A program made the position numbers and the translations under genes. Of a DNA stretch of 64,000 nt, positions 46,666-56,981 are shown in pieces. Under the pieces are notes generated by a model that searched no databases, was not told where the DNA came from, and worked only from the letters and a program-made list of their open reading frames with translations. The first letter of the stretch is position 1, and each line of letters begins with the position of its first letter. Source of the stretch: Candidatus Latescibacterota bacterium (GTDB lineage Bacteria > Latescibacterota > UBA2968 > UBA8231); assembly GCA_964291625.2 (NCBI GenBank), contig OZ220089.1, forward strand, positions 1,280,001-1,344,000. The letters are read 5' to 3'.

Positions 46666-49572
46666 CTACAGGACGGAAACGACCTCGAGCCAGCTCCCCC
46701 CGCGCTCGGCGTTGGCCGACTCGATCGCCTCCTTCGACCCGAGGACGACCACCCGGCCGGTCTCGGCCAGCCCCTCGAGGCGCTCGCCGAAGTCGTGGAA
46801 GTCGGCCGCCGTCGTGGCCAGCACGTCGTCGCGCAGACCCTGGCGGTAGTCGTCGTCCACTCCCGTCAGCTCGCGCACCATGGAGGTGTATCCCCGGGCG
46901 TCGGGGAGCTGGTACGCGTCCATCTCGCCGATGGCGCCGATGATCGCCTTGGCGCGCTCCTCCTCCGACAGGTCGAGGCCGCGGAGGAAGGCGGCGGCGC
47001 CGTCGTACACGCGGATCGTGTCGAGCAAGTTGGGGTCCCGGTAGGAGCCGAAGCCGATCACGCCGGTGAAGGGGTCGAAGGAGCAGAACGCGCCGTAGGC
47101 CCCGCCCTGGACCCGCACTCGGTCCCACAGGTAGCTGGTGCGCAGGTACTTGGTGATCACCGCCGCCGAGCCCCGCAGCTCGTAGCCCTGGGCGTAGAGG
47201 TCCCCGCCCTTGCCGACGTAGTTGACCTGCGCCGGCAGGGTCAGCCCTTCGTCGCCGGCGCCGTAGCGAGGCGACCACTCCTGCAGGTTCCCCCCGCGGG
47301 CGGGGAGGGACCCGGCGAGGCCGGCCAGGTGCGGCTCCACGGCGGCGCGGTCGGCGTCGGCCACGGTGGCGTTCATCAGCAGGGTGTCGCGGTCGACGAG
47401 GTGTCCGCGCACGGCCTCCAGCTGGTTCAGCACCGAGGGCCAGTCGTGGCGGATGCGCTCCACCAGCGAGCGCAGGTAGAACAGGTAGCTCACGCCGTCC
47501 ATCTGCTCGCTCACCCAGGAGGCCTCGTCGAACCGGGAGCACAGGCGCAGGGCGACGACCGAGTGGCCCCCCGGGACCAGCCCCGCCTCCTCCCCCGCCT
47601 TCTCCTCCAGGGCCATCTGAAGCAGGCGCTCGCGGTTGTCCAGGCGCACCGTGGTGAGCACGTCGCGCACGATGTCGACGAGATCCCCCGTGCGGCCGAC
47701 CATCGCCTTGCCGCGCAGGAAGAACCGGGCCACGGCCCGGTCCCCGCGGCGCTGGCCGGTGACCAGGCTGTGGGCCGCGAGCCCGCCCGTACGCGCGCCG
47801 ATGCGCTGCGACAGGCGCACGAAGTCCTCGGTCTCGGTGCCGATCTCGAGGAGGCAGCGCCCGAAGAGGGGCATCAGGGGCAGCAGCTCCTGGGGCACGG
47901 CGCGCAGGTCGAAGCCGATGTCGAGGTAGAGGATGCCGTTGGTGAACAGGTCGTGGTAGAGGACCGGGGAGCCCGCCGCCTCACCCCGCTCCAGGGGGAT
48001 GGTGGGCACCTGCCGGTCGAGGTCGGCCAGCTGCAGCCGCGGCAGCTTCGCCAGGTCGGCGGGATCGTCGGGCGCCTCCTGGCGGGCCTTCAGCTCCCGC
48101 GCCTCGGCGCGGACCCGCTCCACGGAGGCCGCGTCCATCCGCTCCCGGGCCGCCGCCAGACGCGCCTTCTCGTCCCCCTCCTCGCGCTCCACCTGTCCGG
48201 CGTCGGGCCGCAGGCGGACGGTGGTGCGGTGGGGGTTGTCCAGCAGACAGCCCTCGATCAGGCCTTCGAGCCAGCCTCCCTCCAGGACCCGGGCCCGCAC
48301 CGCCTTCAGGGGCGCGTCGAAGCTCAGGGGCTCGAAGGGATCGCCGTCGTAGAGCCACGTGGTCAGCGACCGCAACATGAGGATCAGCCCCCGCGGGTAG
48401 GAGCCGGTGTTGTTCTCCCGCAGGCGGAACTCGCAGGTGTTGAGCGACGCCCGCACCGTCTCCCCGTCGAGGCCCTCGCGGGCCAGCCGGCCGAGGGTCT
48501 CCGTCACCAGGGCCTCCACCTTGTCCTCGTCGGCGTCGGCGACCCCCTTCAGGCCGGCCGAGAAGATCGTCTCCTTCAGCTCCGTCTCCATGCCCGACCC
48601 CGCCAGGTCCTCCCCCAGGCCGGACTCGATCAGGGCCTTGCGCAGGGGCGAGGCGGGGGTGCCCAGGAGGACGTGGTCGAGGATCTCCAGGCCGAGGCGG
48701 CTCTCGAAGTCCGGCGCCGGCGGCAGCAGCCAGTTGACGGTGACGTAGTGCTTGCCGCCCTCGTGGCCGTCGCCGGCGGCGTAGGTGTGGTCGCAGCGGC
48801 GCGGCTCTCTCCAGCGCGGCTGGACGCCGACGGAGGAGTCGACGCTCCGGGGCTCGAACTCCTCCAGGTATGCCTCCAGGGTCTCGAGGCGCCGCTCGGG
48901 CGGGTCGTCGCCGTAGAACCAGATGAAGGCGTTGCCGGGGTGGTAGAGGTCGCGGTGGAAGGCGGAGAAGCTCTCCCACGTCAGGTCGGGGATGTGCCTG
49001 GGGTGGCCTCCCGACTCGACGCCGTAGGTCGTGTCGGGGAACAGCCCCTGCTGGATCGCCTCGCCCAGGACCCGCTCCGGCGAGGAGTAGGCGCCCTTCA
49101 TCTCGTTGTAGACGACGCCGCTGTAGGCCAGCTCCCCCTCCTCGACCTCGTAGTGCCAGCCCTCCTGCTTGAGGACCTCGGGCGTCAGCCGCGGGTGGAA
49201 GACGGCGTCGAGGTAGACGTCGACGAGGTTGTGGAAGTCGCGCAGGTTCTGGCTGGCCACGGGGTAGCAGGTGCGGTCGGGATAGGTGAAGGCGTTGAGG
49301 AAGGTCTTCAGCGACCCCTTGAGGAGCTCGACGAAGGGCTCCTTCACCGGGTACTTGCGGGAGCCGCAGAGCACGCAGTGCTCGAGGATGTGGGCGATGC
49401 CGGTGGAGTCGGAGGGTGGCGTGCGGAAGGTGATGCCGAAGACCTTGTTGGCGTCGTCGCCGTTGACGACCGACATGAGCCGGGCCCCCGTGGGATGGCT
49501 GTACAAGGTCGCCTCCGAGCCCAGCTCGGGGATGCTGCGCCGGGCTTCCGCCTCGAACCGATGCGCGCTCAT
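46666..49572 (-). CDS. M16C presequence protease (PreP/Cym1-like)
   Basis: GIAHILEHCVLCGSRKYPVKEPF, LNAFTYPDRT, RVQGGAYG. Confidence 0.93.
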   Translation of the reverse strand: MSAHRFEAEARRSIPELGSEATLYSHPTGARLMSVVNGDDANKVFGITFRTPPSDSTGIAHILEHCVLCGSRKYPVKEPFVELLKGSLKTFLNAFTYPDRTCYPVASQNLRDFHNLVDVYLDAVFHPRLTPEVLKQEGWHYEVEEGELAYSGVVYNEMKGAYSSPERVLGEAIQQGLFPDTTYGVESGGHPRHIPDLTWESFSAFHRDLYHPGNAFIWFYGDDPPERRLETLEAYLEEFEPRSVDSSVGVQPRWREPRRCDHTYAAGDGHEGGKHYVTVNWLLPPAPDFESRLGLEILDHVLLGTPASPLRKALIESGLGEDLAGSGMETELKETIFSAGLKGVADADEDKVEALVTETLGRLAREGLDGETVRASLNTCEFRLRENNTGSYPRGLILMLRSLTTWLYDGDPFEPLSFDAPLKAVRARVLEGGWLEGLIEGCLLDNPHRTTVRLRPDAGQVEREEGDEKARLAAARERMDAASVERVRAEARELKARQEAPDDPADLAKLPRLQLADLDRQVPTIPLERGEAAGSPVLYHDLFTNGILYLDIGFDLRAVPQELLPLMPLFGRCLLEIGTETEDFVRLSQRIGARTGGLAAHSLVTGQRRGDRAVARFFLRGKAMVGRTGDLVDIVRDVLTTVRLDNRERLLQMALEEKAGEEAGLVPGGHSVVALRLCSRFDEASWVSEQMDGVSYLFYLRSLVERIRHDWPSVLNQLEAVRGHLVDRDTLLMNATVADADRAAVEPHLAGLAGSLPARGGNLQEWSPRYGAGDEGLTLPAQVNYVGKGGDLYAQGYELRGSAAVITKYLRTSYLWDRVRVQGGAYGAFCSFDPFTGVIGFGSYRDPNLLDTIRVYDGAAAFLRGLDLSEEERAKAIIGAIGEMDAYQLPDARGYTSMVRELTGVDDDYRQGLRDDVLATTAADFHDFGERLEGLAETGRVVVLGSKEAIESANAERGGSWLEVVSVL

Positions 49573-50417
49573 GACAGCCCCCAGACCTCGGCCGCCGTGC
49601 CGCCGAGGATGCGGTCCCGCTGGGCGGCGGTGAGGAAGTCGAAGCCCTCGCGCACGAGGCGCAGCTCCTCGCCCAGGGAGAGCCAGCCGTGGCGGGTGCG
49701 GTGGTGTCCGGGATAGCCGGTGCCCCAGAGGCAGCGCTCGGCGCCGTAGGCGTCGACCAGGGCGCGCACGTAGGGGTGGGTGTCGGCGAAGGGGAACTCC
49801 TTGGAGAGGGACCGCCCCTTCACGTCGGAGATCTTGACGAACAGGTTGGGCAGCTCCGCCAGGGCCGTGATCGGCTCCCAGGGCTCGGGGCCGTCCTCGA
49901 GGCGCGGGTAGCCCATGTGGTCGATGAGGAGCTTCATGCGCGGATGGCGGCGGGCGATCTCGGCGATCTGGCCGGCGAAGGGCGGGCTCGTGTGGAACTG
50001 GATCACCGCGTCGCGGGCGGCCAGGACCTCCCACATGGCGCGGTTGCCGCCGGTGGTCAGGACCTCCTCCTCCGGGTAGTACATGGGATGGAAACGGAAC
50101 CCGGCGAGGCCGCGTTCCTCCATCCAGTAGCGGGCCGTCTCGGCGTTGCCCGCCTCGTCCTGCGGGTCGATCAGCCCGTGGCCGATGAAGCGGTCCGGGA
50201 AGCGCGCCGTCGAGTCGGCGATGTAGCCGTTGTCCCAGGTCGACCACGAGGTCTGCACCAGCACCGAGCGGTCGACGCCGTTGGCGTCCATTTCCTCGAG
50301 CAGCTCGTCGGCGGTGCCGGGCTCGTCCGGCTCCGAGGTCCAGTTCGGCGCCGTGGGCCCCACGGGGTAGCGCGGCGGATCGATCTCCCAGACGTGCACG
50401 TGCGTGTCGACGATCAA
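49569..50417 (-). CDS. Amidohydrolase_2 family protein
   Basis: DTHVHVW, IDHMG, LWGTGYP. Confidence 0.88.
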   Translation of the reverse strand: MIVDTHVHVWEIDPPRYPVGPTAPNWTSEPDEPGTADELLEEMDANGVDRSVLVQTSWSTWDNGYIADSTARFPDRFIGHGLIDPQDEAGNAETARYWMEERGLAGFRFHPMYYPEEEVLTTGGNRAMWEVLAARDAVIQFHTSPPFAGQIAEIARRHPRMKLLIDHMGYPRLEDGPEPWEPITALAELPNLFVKISDVKGRSLSKEFPFADTHPYVRALVDAYGAERCLWGTGYPGHHRTRHGWLSLGEELRLVREGFDFLTAAQRDRILGGTAAEVWGLS

Positions 50418-50463
50418 TTCGGTCTCTCCCCGGCCGCTGGCGCGGCCCCCGGTTCGATGGGAC

Positions 50464-51651
50464 TCACCATCCCTGCCCCGGCACCGGCGGCAGCGAGATC
50501 TTGCCGAGGACGGCGTCGGCCTTGGCCCCGGTGGCGGCGCGCACGTTGCCGGCGCGCCCCATGAGCGTCTCGTTGGCCAGGACCGCGAAGGCCAGGGCCT
50601 CCTTGGCGTCGGCAGGCACGCCAAGGCGGTCGATGGCCCCCAACTCCCGCGGCGCCAGGGCCTCCTCGAGCAGCGCCATCAGGTGGCTGTTGCGCACCCC
50701 GCCGCCGCCGACCCAGACCTCCTCGAGGGCGCCCTCGGGATCGGCGAAGCGGTCGACGCCGGCGGCGATGGCGCGCGCCGTGAAGGCCGTCAGGGTCGCC
50801 ACCAGGTCCGCCGGCCCGAGCTGCGCCTGGCGCACGACCTCGGCCAGGTACAGGGTGCCGAACTCCTCGCGGCCCGTCGACTTCGGCGGCGGCCGGCGGA
50901 AGAACTCGTGCTTCATCAGCCGCTCCAGCCACTCCTCGTTCACCTCCCCCGCCGCCGCCCGGCGGCCGCCGTCGTCGAAGCGCTCCACCCCCCCGGTGAG
51001 GTGCATGACGGCGGCGTCCACGAGGGCGTTGCCCGGCCCCAGGTCGAAGGCCAGGACCCCCTGCTCGCGGCGGGCCCCCGGGGGCAGGGCGGTGACGTTG
51101 GCCATGCCGCCGATGTTGAGCAGCAGCCGGCCGCGGTCCGGGTGGCCGAAGAGGAGCACGTCCACCAGCGGCACCAGGGGCGCCCCTTCGCCCTCGGCGG
51201 CCATGTCGGCGGGCCGGAAGTCGCTCACCACCGGGATCCCCGTGTGCCGGGCGACGACGGCGGCCTCGCCGATCTGAAGGGTCGAGGGCGGATCGGACCT
51301 GGGCAGGTGGCGCACCGTCTGGCCGTGGCTGCCCACGAGGTCGATCGCCGCCGGCTCGAGGTTGGCCGCCTCCGTCACCTGCAGGGTGGCATCCGCCAGG
51401 GCCGCGCCGAGGGCGAAGTTCACCCGGCACAGGTCCTCCACCAGGGCGTCGGGCTGGAACAGCAGGAACAGGTCCGCCTGCAGCGCCTCCGGCAGCGGGT
51501 GGGTCAGGTGGGCGAGGACTTCGAACTCCGTGCTCTCGCCCCAGCCCTCGATCTCGGCGAGGACGGCGTCGATGCCGTCGGCGGAGGTGCCCGTCATCAG
51601 TCCCACGACGCGGCGCGACTCCTTGGAGGCGCTCTCGATCAGGCGCTGCAC
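50464..51651 (-). CDS. anmK: Anhydro-N-acetylmuramic acid kinase
   Basis: GLMTGTSADGID, GSHGQT, GEGAPLVP, NIGGMAN, KSTGRE, KEALAFA. Confidence 0.93.
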   Translation of the reverse strand: MQRLIESASKESRRVVGLMTGTSADGIDAVLAEIEGWGESTEFEVLAHLTHPLPEALQADLFLLFQPDALVEDLCRVNFALGAALADATLQVTEAANLEPAAIDLVGSHGQTVRHLPRSDPPSTLQIGEAAVVARHTGIPVVSDFRPADMAAEGEGAPLVPLVDVLLFGHPDRGRLLLNIGGMANVTALPPGARREQGVLAFDLGPGNALVDAAVMHLTGGVERFDDGGRRAAAGEVNEEWLERLMKHEFFRRPPPKSTGREEFGTLYLAEVVRQAQLGPADLVATLTAFTARAIAAGVDRFADPEGALEEVWVGGGGVRNSHLMALLEEALAPRELGAIDRLGVPADAKEALAFAVLANETLMGRAGNVRAATGAKADAVLGKISLPPVPGQGW

Positions 51652-53063
51652 GGGTTCTCCTTGCCGGCCACCATCACCAGGCCGAAGAGGGTTCCGAAGA
51701 GGAGGGCGAAGCGGCCGTTCATCATCGAGCCGTCGCTGACGCCCAGGAGCCCCATGGCCGCCAGAGTGGCGACGCAGCCGGCGGCGAAGGCGCGGGTGGG
51801 GGGATCGGCGCCGCGGCACAGACGCAGGGCCCGCCGGCCCACGTGCAGGCACAGCCACGGGAACAGCAGCAGACCGGCGAGCCCCATCTTCAGCCACAAG
51901 GTCAGGTAGAGGCTGTCCACGGTCCACGCCCTCCAGGTCTCGAAGCGGCCGCTGTCGGGGTTGAAGGACCAGGCCGTCAAGGTGGCCCCCTGGCCGCCGC
52001 CGAGGAAGGGGTGCTCGAGGATCTCCTCCCAGGCGCTGGCGTAGCCGAGGAAGCGGCCCACCACCTGGACGTCGCGGGTCACGTCGAGGAAGGTGCGGGA
52101 GCGCTCCACGGCGTGGGCCGAGAGGGCGGCGCCGGTGAGGCGCTGGAAGGCGAGGGCGGTCAGGATCAGGGCGGCGACCACGGCCGCCGCCAGCAGGGCC
52201 GCCTTCCAGGCGCGGCGCCCGGCGGCCGGCTGGCCCCGGTGCCAGACCCACACGGTCACCAGCAGCCCGAGGCCGAAGGCGGCCCACATGCCGCGGCCGA
52301 GGGTGATGGCGAAGCCGAGGCCGATGAACAGGAACAGGGCGAGCAGCAGCGGCCGTCCCCAGCGGCGTGGATCGTGGACGAACCCGTTGGCCAGCAGGAG
52401 CATGGCCACGGGCAGCACGATCCCCTGGCGGCGGCTGACGCGCACGAAGCGCTCCCCCGCGGCGGGGTCGATGGCGCCCAGGAACTCCAGCAGGTACTCG
52501 GCGCTCACCACGACGCCGGCCAGCACCACCAGGGGCGCGAAGAGGCGGGCGCCGTCGCCGGGGCGCGCCGCGCACAGCACCAGGAAGAACACGCCGTAGT
52601 ACAGGGGATAGCGCAGGTTGCGCAGGACGGCCTCGTTCCCGTGCCAGAGGCCGACCGCCCCGGAGAGCAGGGCCAGCAGCAGGAAGGCGGCCACCAGGCC
52701 GTCGGCGCTGGTGCGCCGCAGCCGCCAGCGGTCGAAGGCGGCCAGGTCGATGAGGGCGAAGAGCGCGCCCGCCAGCAGGAGGATCTCCCAGGGCCGCAGG
52801 CCGAGGGGCAGGCGCGTGGCGTCCAGGAGGTGGACGGGCAGGGCCGCGGTGGCCACCAGCAGGACCGCCAGCGTCCGCCGCGGCGAGAACAGGACCAGGG
52901 CCGCCGCGACCAGGGCTCCGGCGGCGAGCACCACGTGCAGAGCCGTACCCAGCAGGAGCAGGGGCCCCGCCGTGGCCAGCACCGCCGCGGCCGCCGCGGC
53001 GGCGATCAGGCGGCCGTTGTCGGGGGCCACCCGCCAGGGGCCGGAAACCGCCGCCGCCGTCAT
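51639..53063 (-). CDS. O-antigen ligase/Wzy-like membrane protein
   Basis: Polytopic; TLGRGMW, HPFLGGGQG, DSLYL...KMGLAG. Confidence 0.8.
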   Translation of the reverse strand: MTAAAVSGPWRVAPDNGRLIAAAAAAAVLATAGPLLLLGTALHVVLAAGALVAAALVLFSPRRTLAVLLVATAALPVHLLDATRLPLGLRPWEILLLAGALFALIDLAAFDRWRLRRTSADGLVAAFLLLALLSGAVGLWHGNEAVLRNLRYPLYYGVFFLVLCAARPGDGARLFAPLVVLAGVVVSAEYLLEFLGAIDPAAGERFVRVSRRQGIVLPVAMLLLANGFVHDPRRWGRPLLLALFLFIGLGFAITLGRGMWAAFGLGLLVTVWVWHRGQPAAGRRAWKAALLAAAVVAALILTALAFQRLTGAALSAHAVERSRTFLDVTRDVQVVGRFLGYASAWEEILEHPFLGGGQGATLTAWSFNPDSGRFETWRAWTVDSLYLTLWLKMGLAGLLLFPWLCLHVGRRALRLCRGADPPTRAFAAGCVATLAAMGLLGVSDGSMMNGRFALLFGTLFGLVMVAGKENPCSA

Positions 53064-53064
53064 C

Positions 53065-53763
53065 TCAGGCCCCGCCGCAGGGCGCCGGCTTGCGCGCCAC
53101 CAGCAGGTGGTTCCAGGCGTCGCTGTCGACGCGGTGGATGCCGTCGAGGACCAGGCACCCCAACTGCACCAGCGCCATCAGCGGCCGCGTGAGCGGGTAG
53201 AGGCGGAGCCTCTCGAGGCGCCGCAGGTAGTGGACGAAGCGGGCGCCCGCCGTGACCCAGTACCCGGCCAGGGCCTTCACCGCCACCACCCGCAGACCCG
53301 CCGCTTCGCCGAGGTGGCGCAGCCCGTAGGGCGTGAACCGGTAGTAGTCGCGGGGCTCCTCGTGGAGGCCCCAGATGTGGGGGGCCGTGAGCACCAGGGC
53401 GCCGCCGGGGCGCAGGACGCGGGCGATCTCGTCCAGCATACGCCACGGCCGCGGCACGTGCTCCAGCACCTGCAGGCAGAGGACGGTGTCGAAGCAGGCG
53501 TCGCGGAAGGGCAGGTCGAGGCCGCTGGCCCAGGCCTCGGGCAGCTGCCGGGGGCCGCCCCCGGCGGCCGGGCCGTAGCGCTCCCGGTCGGGGTCGACGC
53601 CCACGGAGCGCTCGCTGTGCCGGTGCAGCAGCTCGGCGAAGGGCCGGGCGCCGCAGCCGATGTCGAGGAGCCGGCCGCCGGCGTGGGCCTCGACGGCGGC
53701 GGTCACGTGGCGGGCGTGGATTCGGTGGACGAGCCAGTTGACGTGGAAGGGCGTGAGGGGCAC
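53065..53763 (-). CDS. Class I SAM-dependent methyltransferase
   Basis: LLDIGCG, LPFRDACFD, VLEHV, RVLRPGG, EEPRDYYRFT. Confidence 0.88.
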   Translation of the reverse strand: MPLTPFHVNWLVHRIHARHVTAAVEAHAGGRLLDIGCGARPFAELLHRHSERSVGVDPDRERYGPAAGGGPRQLPEAWASGLDLPFRDACFDTVLCLQVLEHVPRPWRMLDEIARVLRPGGALVLTAPHIWGLHEEPRDYYRFTPYGLRHLGEAAGLRVVAVKALAGYWVTAGARFVHYLRRLERLRLYPLTRPLMALVQLGCLVLDGIHRVDSDAWNHLLVARKPAPCGGA

Positions 53764-53777
53764 GACCGGCGCGGGCG

Positions 53778-54890
53778 CTACAGCCGGTCGCGCGCGGTGT
53801 GGGGATAGTAGTCGACCACGGCACCCTCGCCGTCGATGACGTAGCAACCGGGGAAGCGGATCGCCGTGGGGCAGACGTGGCCGGGCACGGCCAGCAGGTA
53901 GTCGCCGATCTCGGGCAGGGTGTCCTCGGGCAACTCGAAGACGGCGTGTTCCTCGTTCTGGAGGAGGAGGCGGGCGTCCTTGTGGCCCAGCAGCCAGGCG
54001 CGCCGCTCCAGGGCGGGATCGGCGGCGACCGCCTTGTTCCCCAGGTCGGTGGTGATCGTCAACTGGTCGGGATAGCGGTCGACGACCTGGCACAGCACCA
54101 GGGCGGCCCAGCGGAAGGGCTGGCCGGGCTTGCCCAGGACGCCGTTGATGTCCCAGTAGGTCACGGTCCCCGGCGATCCGTGGAAGCCCTCGGTGCGCGC
54201 GTAGTACTCGTAGGAGTAGGAGCCGCCCCCGACGACCCGCTCCACCGGCATGCCGGCGGCCTCCAGCTCTTCCTTGAGGGCCTGCAGCTCGCGGACGTGG
54301 GCCATGGCCGCGGCCTCCCGCCCGGAGGGGTCCTGGAAGTGCTCGTGGCCGTCGTAGACGTGCAGCCCCGCCGCCTCCAGCCACTCTTCGCCGTGGATGG
54401 CCGTGTAGAGGTCGCGGACCCCCTTCGGCGCCACCCCGGTGCGCCGCATGCCGGCGTCGACGTCGACCATGGCCCGCAGCTTGCGCTCGCGGGCCTGCCC
54501 GGCCTCGGCGAGGCGGCTCACGTGGATGGGGGCGCTCACCGTGGCGTAGACGCGCTGCTCCGGGTGATCGGCGGTGATCCCGGCGAAGCGCGCGGTCTTG
54601 ATCGACTGCACGAGGGGATACGCCAGGACCGCCTCGGGGGCCCCGGCGTCGAGGACCATCTCCAGCTCCCTGAGGGTGGCGCACTTGAAGCCGGCCACGC
54701 CGGCGGCCAGCTGCTTGCGGACGATCGCCTCCGCCTTGTGGGTCTTGACGTGCATCATCAGGTTGGCGGCGCCGCCGACCTGCTCGCAGAGGGCGGCCAG
54801 GTTGTGGTCGACGAGGTCCTCGAAGACGACCATGGCCGGCGTCTCCAGGCCGTCCGGATCGGCGATGCGGTAGGGCTCGTGCTCGATCAT
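53778..54890 (-). CDS. D-threonine aldolase/D-serine dehydratase-like PLP enzyme
   Basis: ETPA, HVKTHK, RTGV, YDGH, NEEH, HVCPT. Confidence 0.88.
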   Translation of the reverse strand: MIEHEPYRIADPDGLETPAMVVFEDLVDHNLAALCEQVGGAANLMMHVKTHKAEAIVRKQLAAGVAGFKCATLRELEMVLDAGAPEAVLAYPLVQSIKTARFAGITADHPEQRVYATVSAPIHVSRLAEAGQARERKLRAMVDVDAGMRRTGVAPKGVRDLYTAIHGEEWLEAAGLHVYDGHEHFQDPSGREAAAMAHVRELQALKEELEAAGMPVERVVGGGSYSYEYYARTEGFHGSPGTVTYWDINGVLGKPGQPFRWAALVLCQVVDRYPDQLTITTDLGNKAVAADPALERRAWLLGHKDARLLLQNEEHAVFELPEDTLPEIGDYLLAVPGHVCPTAIRFPGCYVIDGEGAVVDYYPHTARDRL

Positions 54891-54987
54891 CCTCGGGCGC
54901 GGCTTCCTTCGGGGGCTGGGCGTATCTGGCGGAAACCTCTGAAGATAGAGGCGCCGTCCGGGAGCTTCAACGAAGGCGGAGCAACCC

Positions 54988-56073
54988 TCAGGCCGGGTGG
55001 CGGTCGCGCAGGAGAGCCGCGGCCTCGGCCTCGTTCTTCAGCTTGAGGTAGGGCTCCTCCAGGGGCATGTCGATGGCCAGGCCGGGGGCGAAGCCGCAGT
55101 CCGGGTTGAGGCTCAGGCGCCCGGCGTCGACGTGCTTCAGGGCTTCCTCCACCCGGCCGACGATCTGCCCGGTGGTGTCGATCTTCTCGAAGCGGCACTC
55201 GACGGCGCCGAGGCCGATGAGGCGGTCCTCGGGCAGCCGCCGCAGGACGGAGACGTCGCCGGCCACGGGGATGCTGAACTCCATCACGTACTGGTCGACG
55301 TCGATCCTGCGCATCGTCTCGACGATCGGGTCGTAGCCGCCCTCGGCGCCCCAGCCGCGGCGGCCGTAGTTGCGCCGGCACAGGTGCAGGGCGGTCTGCA
55401 CCTTGTCGAGGCCCGCGATCATGCCGTTGATCATGTCCGCCGCCAGGTCCATCTCGTAGCGGGCGTCCTCGAAGCTGTCGCGGTAGGACGGATCGACCAG
55501 CACGCACAGGTGGGGCTCGTCGACCTGCACCACCGTGACCCCCGTCTCCTGCAGGGCCAGCAGCTCCTGGCGCAGGATGACGGCCACCTCCTCGATGAAG
55601 CGGTCGCGGGTCGGATAGGCCCGGGAGGAGACCTCGCGCTCCCAGAGGCGGACGCCGAGCAGGTACGGCGACGGCACGCAGACCTTGGTCATGCGGTCGG
55701 TCGCTTCCACCAGGAAGCGGGCCTCCTGCGCGATCAGCCCCGGGTTGACGACCTCCATCGGCTCGGTGACCGAGATCCCCCAGCGGTGCGGCTCGGTGCG
55801 CGCGTCCTCGCTGAAGCCGGTGGCGATGTCGGCGATGACGTGAGTGTAGGCGTGGCGCCGCCACTCGCCGTCGCTGACCAGGTCGAGGCCGGCCTGCTCC
55901 TGCACGGCGATGGCGTAGCCCACGGCGGCGTTCATCCGCGGCGAGCGGGCGGCGGCGGCCGAGGCCGGCCCCGGCAGCTCGGGCAGCATCTCGCGCACCA
56001 TCATCGGCCGCGGCAGGCTGCCGACGACGCCGGCGGCGAAGCGGGTGCTCGTGAATCTCTCGGAAACGGCCAT
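54988..56073 (-). CDS. Cobalamin-independent methionine synthase II family protein
   Basis: VGSLPRP, SDGEWRR, QVDEP, HLCRRN, NPDCGF. Confidence 0.88.
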   Translation of the reverse strand: MAVSERFTSTRFAAGVVGSLPRPMMVREMLPELPGPASAAAARSPRMNAAVGYAIAVQEQAGLDLVSDGEWRRHAYTHVIADIATGFSEDARTEPHRWGISVTEPMEVVNPGLIAQEARFLVEATDRMTKVCVPSPYLLGVRLWEREVSSRAYPTRDRFIEEVAVILRQELLALQETGVTVVQVDEPHLCVLVDPSYRDSFEDARYEMDLAADMINGMIAGLDKVQTALHLCRRNYGRRGWGAEGGYDPIVETMRRIDVDQYVMEFSIPVAGDVSVLRRLPEDRLIGLGAVECRFEKIDTTGQIVGRVEEALKHVDAGRLSLNPDCGFAPGLAIDMPLEEPYLKLKNEAEAAALLRDRHPA

Positions 56074-56144
56074 GCAGAGAGAGTAGCGGGGATCGGGGGC
56101 TCTGTCTACCATTGCCCGACCACCCGACACAGGAGACCCGACCG

Positions 56145-56981
56145 ATGCTCACGAAGGACCAGATCGACCACTATCACCGCCACGGCTTCGTCAAGGTGGA
56201 CGGCCTGTTCTCGCCGCGGGAGACCGACGAGCTGGCCGCCGACATGGTGCGCATCATCGAGGAGTGGGGGGAGGAGACGATCGGCTGGAGAGGCCCCTGG
56301 CGCGACCGCTACCTGGAGGAGGAGGAGCGCCTCAACACCAAGGCCGTCTTCCTGCACCGGCCCGACTTCTACTCGGCCGTGTGGTCCCGCGTCATCCACC
56401 ACGAGGGCCTCGTGGGCGGCGTCCGCGACCTCGTGGGCGACAGCGTGCAGTGGCACCACACGGTGCTCCACGCCAAGCCGCCCGAGCGGGGCACGCCCTT
56501 CCCCATGCACCAGGACTACCCCTTCTACCCCCACGACGGCCCGCACTTCGTCGACTGCCTCCTGCACCTCGACGACGCGCCCCTGGAGAGCGGCGCCCTG
56601 CACATCGTCCCCGGCAGCCACAAGGACGGGCCCCTGGAGCACGTCCTCGGCCCGGAGACGGCGCCCCATCTGCCCCCCGACGAGTACCACCCCGACCTGA
56701 TCGACACGGTGACGATCCCGGCGGCCCGGGGCGACGTCGTCTTCTTCAGCTATCTCGCCATCCACTGGTCCGACTGCAACCGCACCGACGAGTGGCGCAA
56801 GGCGGTCCGCTTCGGCTACCACAGCACCGCCATGCGCCCCGTGGGCCGCGCCGACGACGACCCGCACCGCATCGACCCCGAGAACATCCTGCCGCGCAAC
56901 GACAACATCGTCGTCTCCGGCTTCCGCCCGGGGGAGAAGGAGCGCGCCCCGGTCCCGGCCTCGGTACAGGCGCGGGCGTGA
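56145..56981 (+). CDS. Phytanoyl-CoA dioxygenase (PhyH) family
   Basis: HQDY, IVPGSH, GDVVFF...H.S..N...R. Confidence 0.9.
   Translation: MLTKDQIDHYHRHGFVKVDGLFSPRETDELAADMVRIIEEWGEETIGWRGPWRDRYLEEEERLNTKAVFLHRPDFYSAVWSRVIHHEGLVGGVRDLVGDSVQWHHTVLHAKPPERGTPFPMHQDYPFYPHDGPHFVDCLLHLDDAPLESGALHIVPGSHKDGPLEHVLGPETAPHLPPDEYHPDLIDTVTIPAARGDVVFFSYLAIHWSDCNRTDEWRKAVRFGYHSTAMRPVGRADDDPHRIDPENILPRNDNIVVSGFRPGEKERAPVPASVQARA

Noticed and set aside
46666-49572. Eukaryote-derived presequence protease
   Set aside because: Bacterial M16C homologs are well known, and codon usage matches the core genes
46333-49716. Long antisense and alternate-frame ORFs (e.g. 46333..49716, 17793..20327, 44687..47542, 29135..31666)
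   Set aside because: Shadow ORFs of high-GC genes with strong GC3 bias; Arg/Gly/Pro-rich with no motifs
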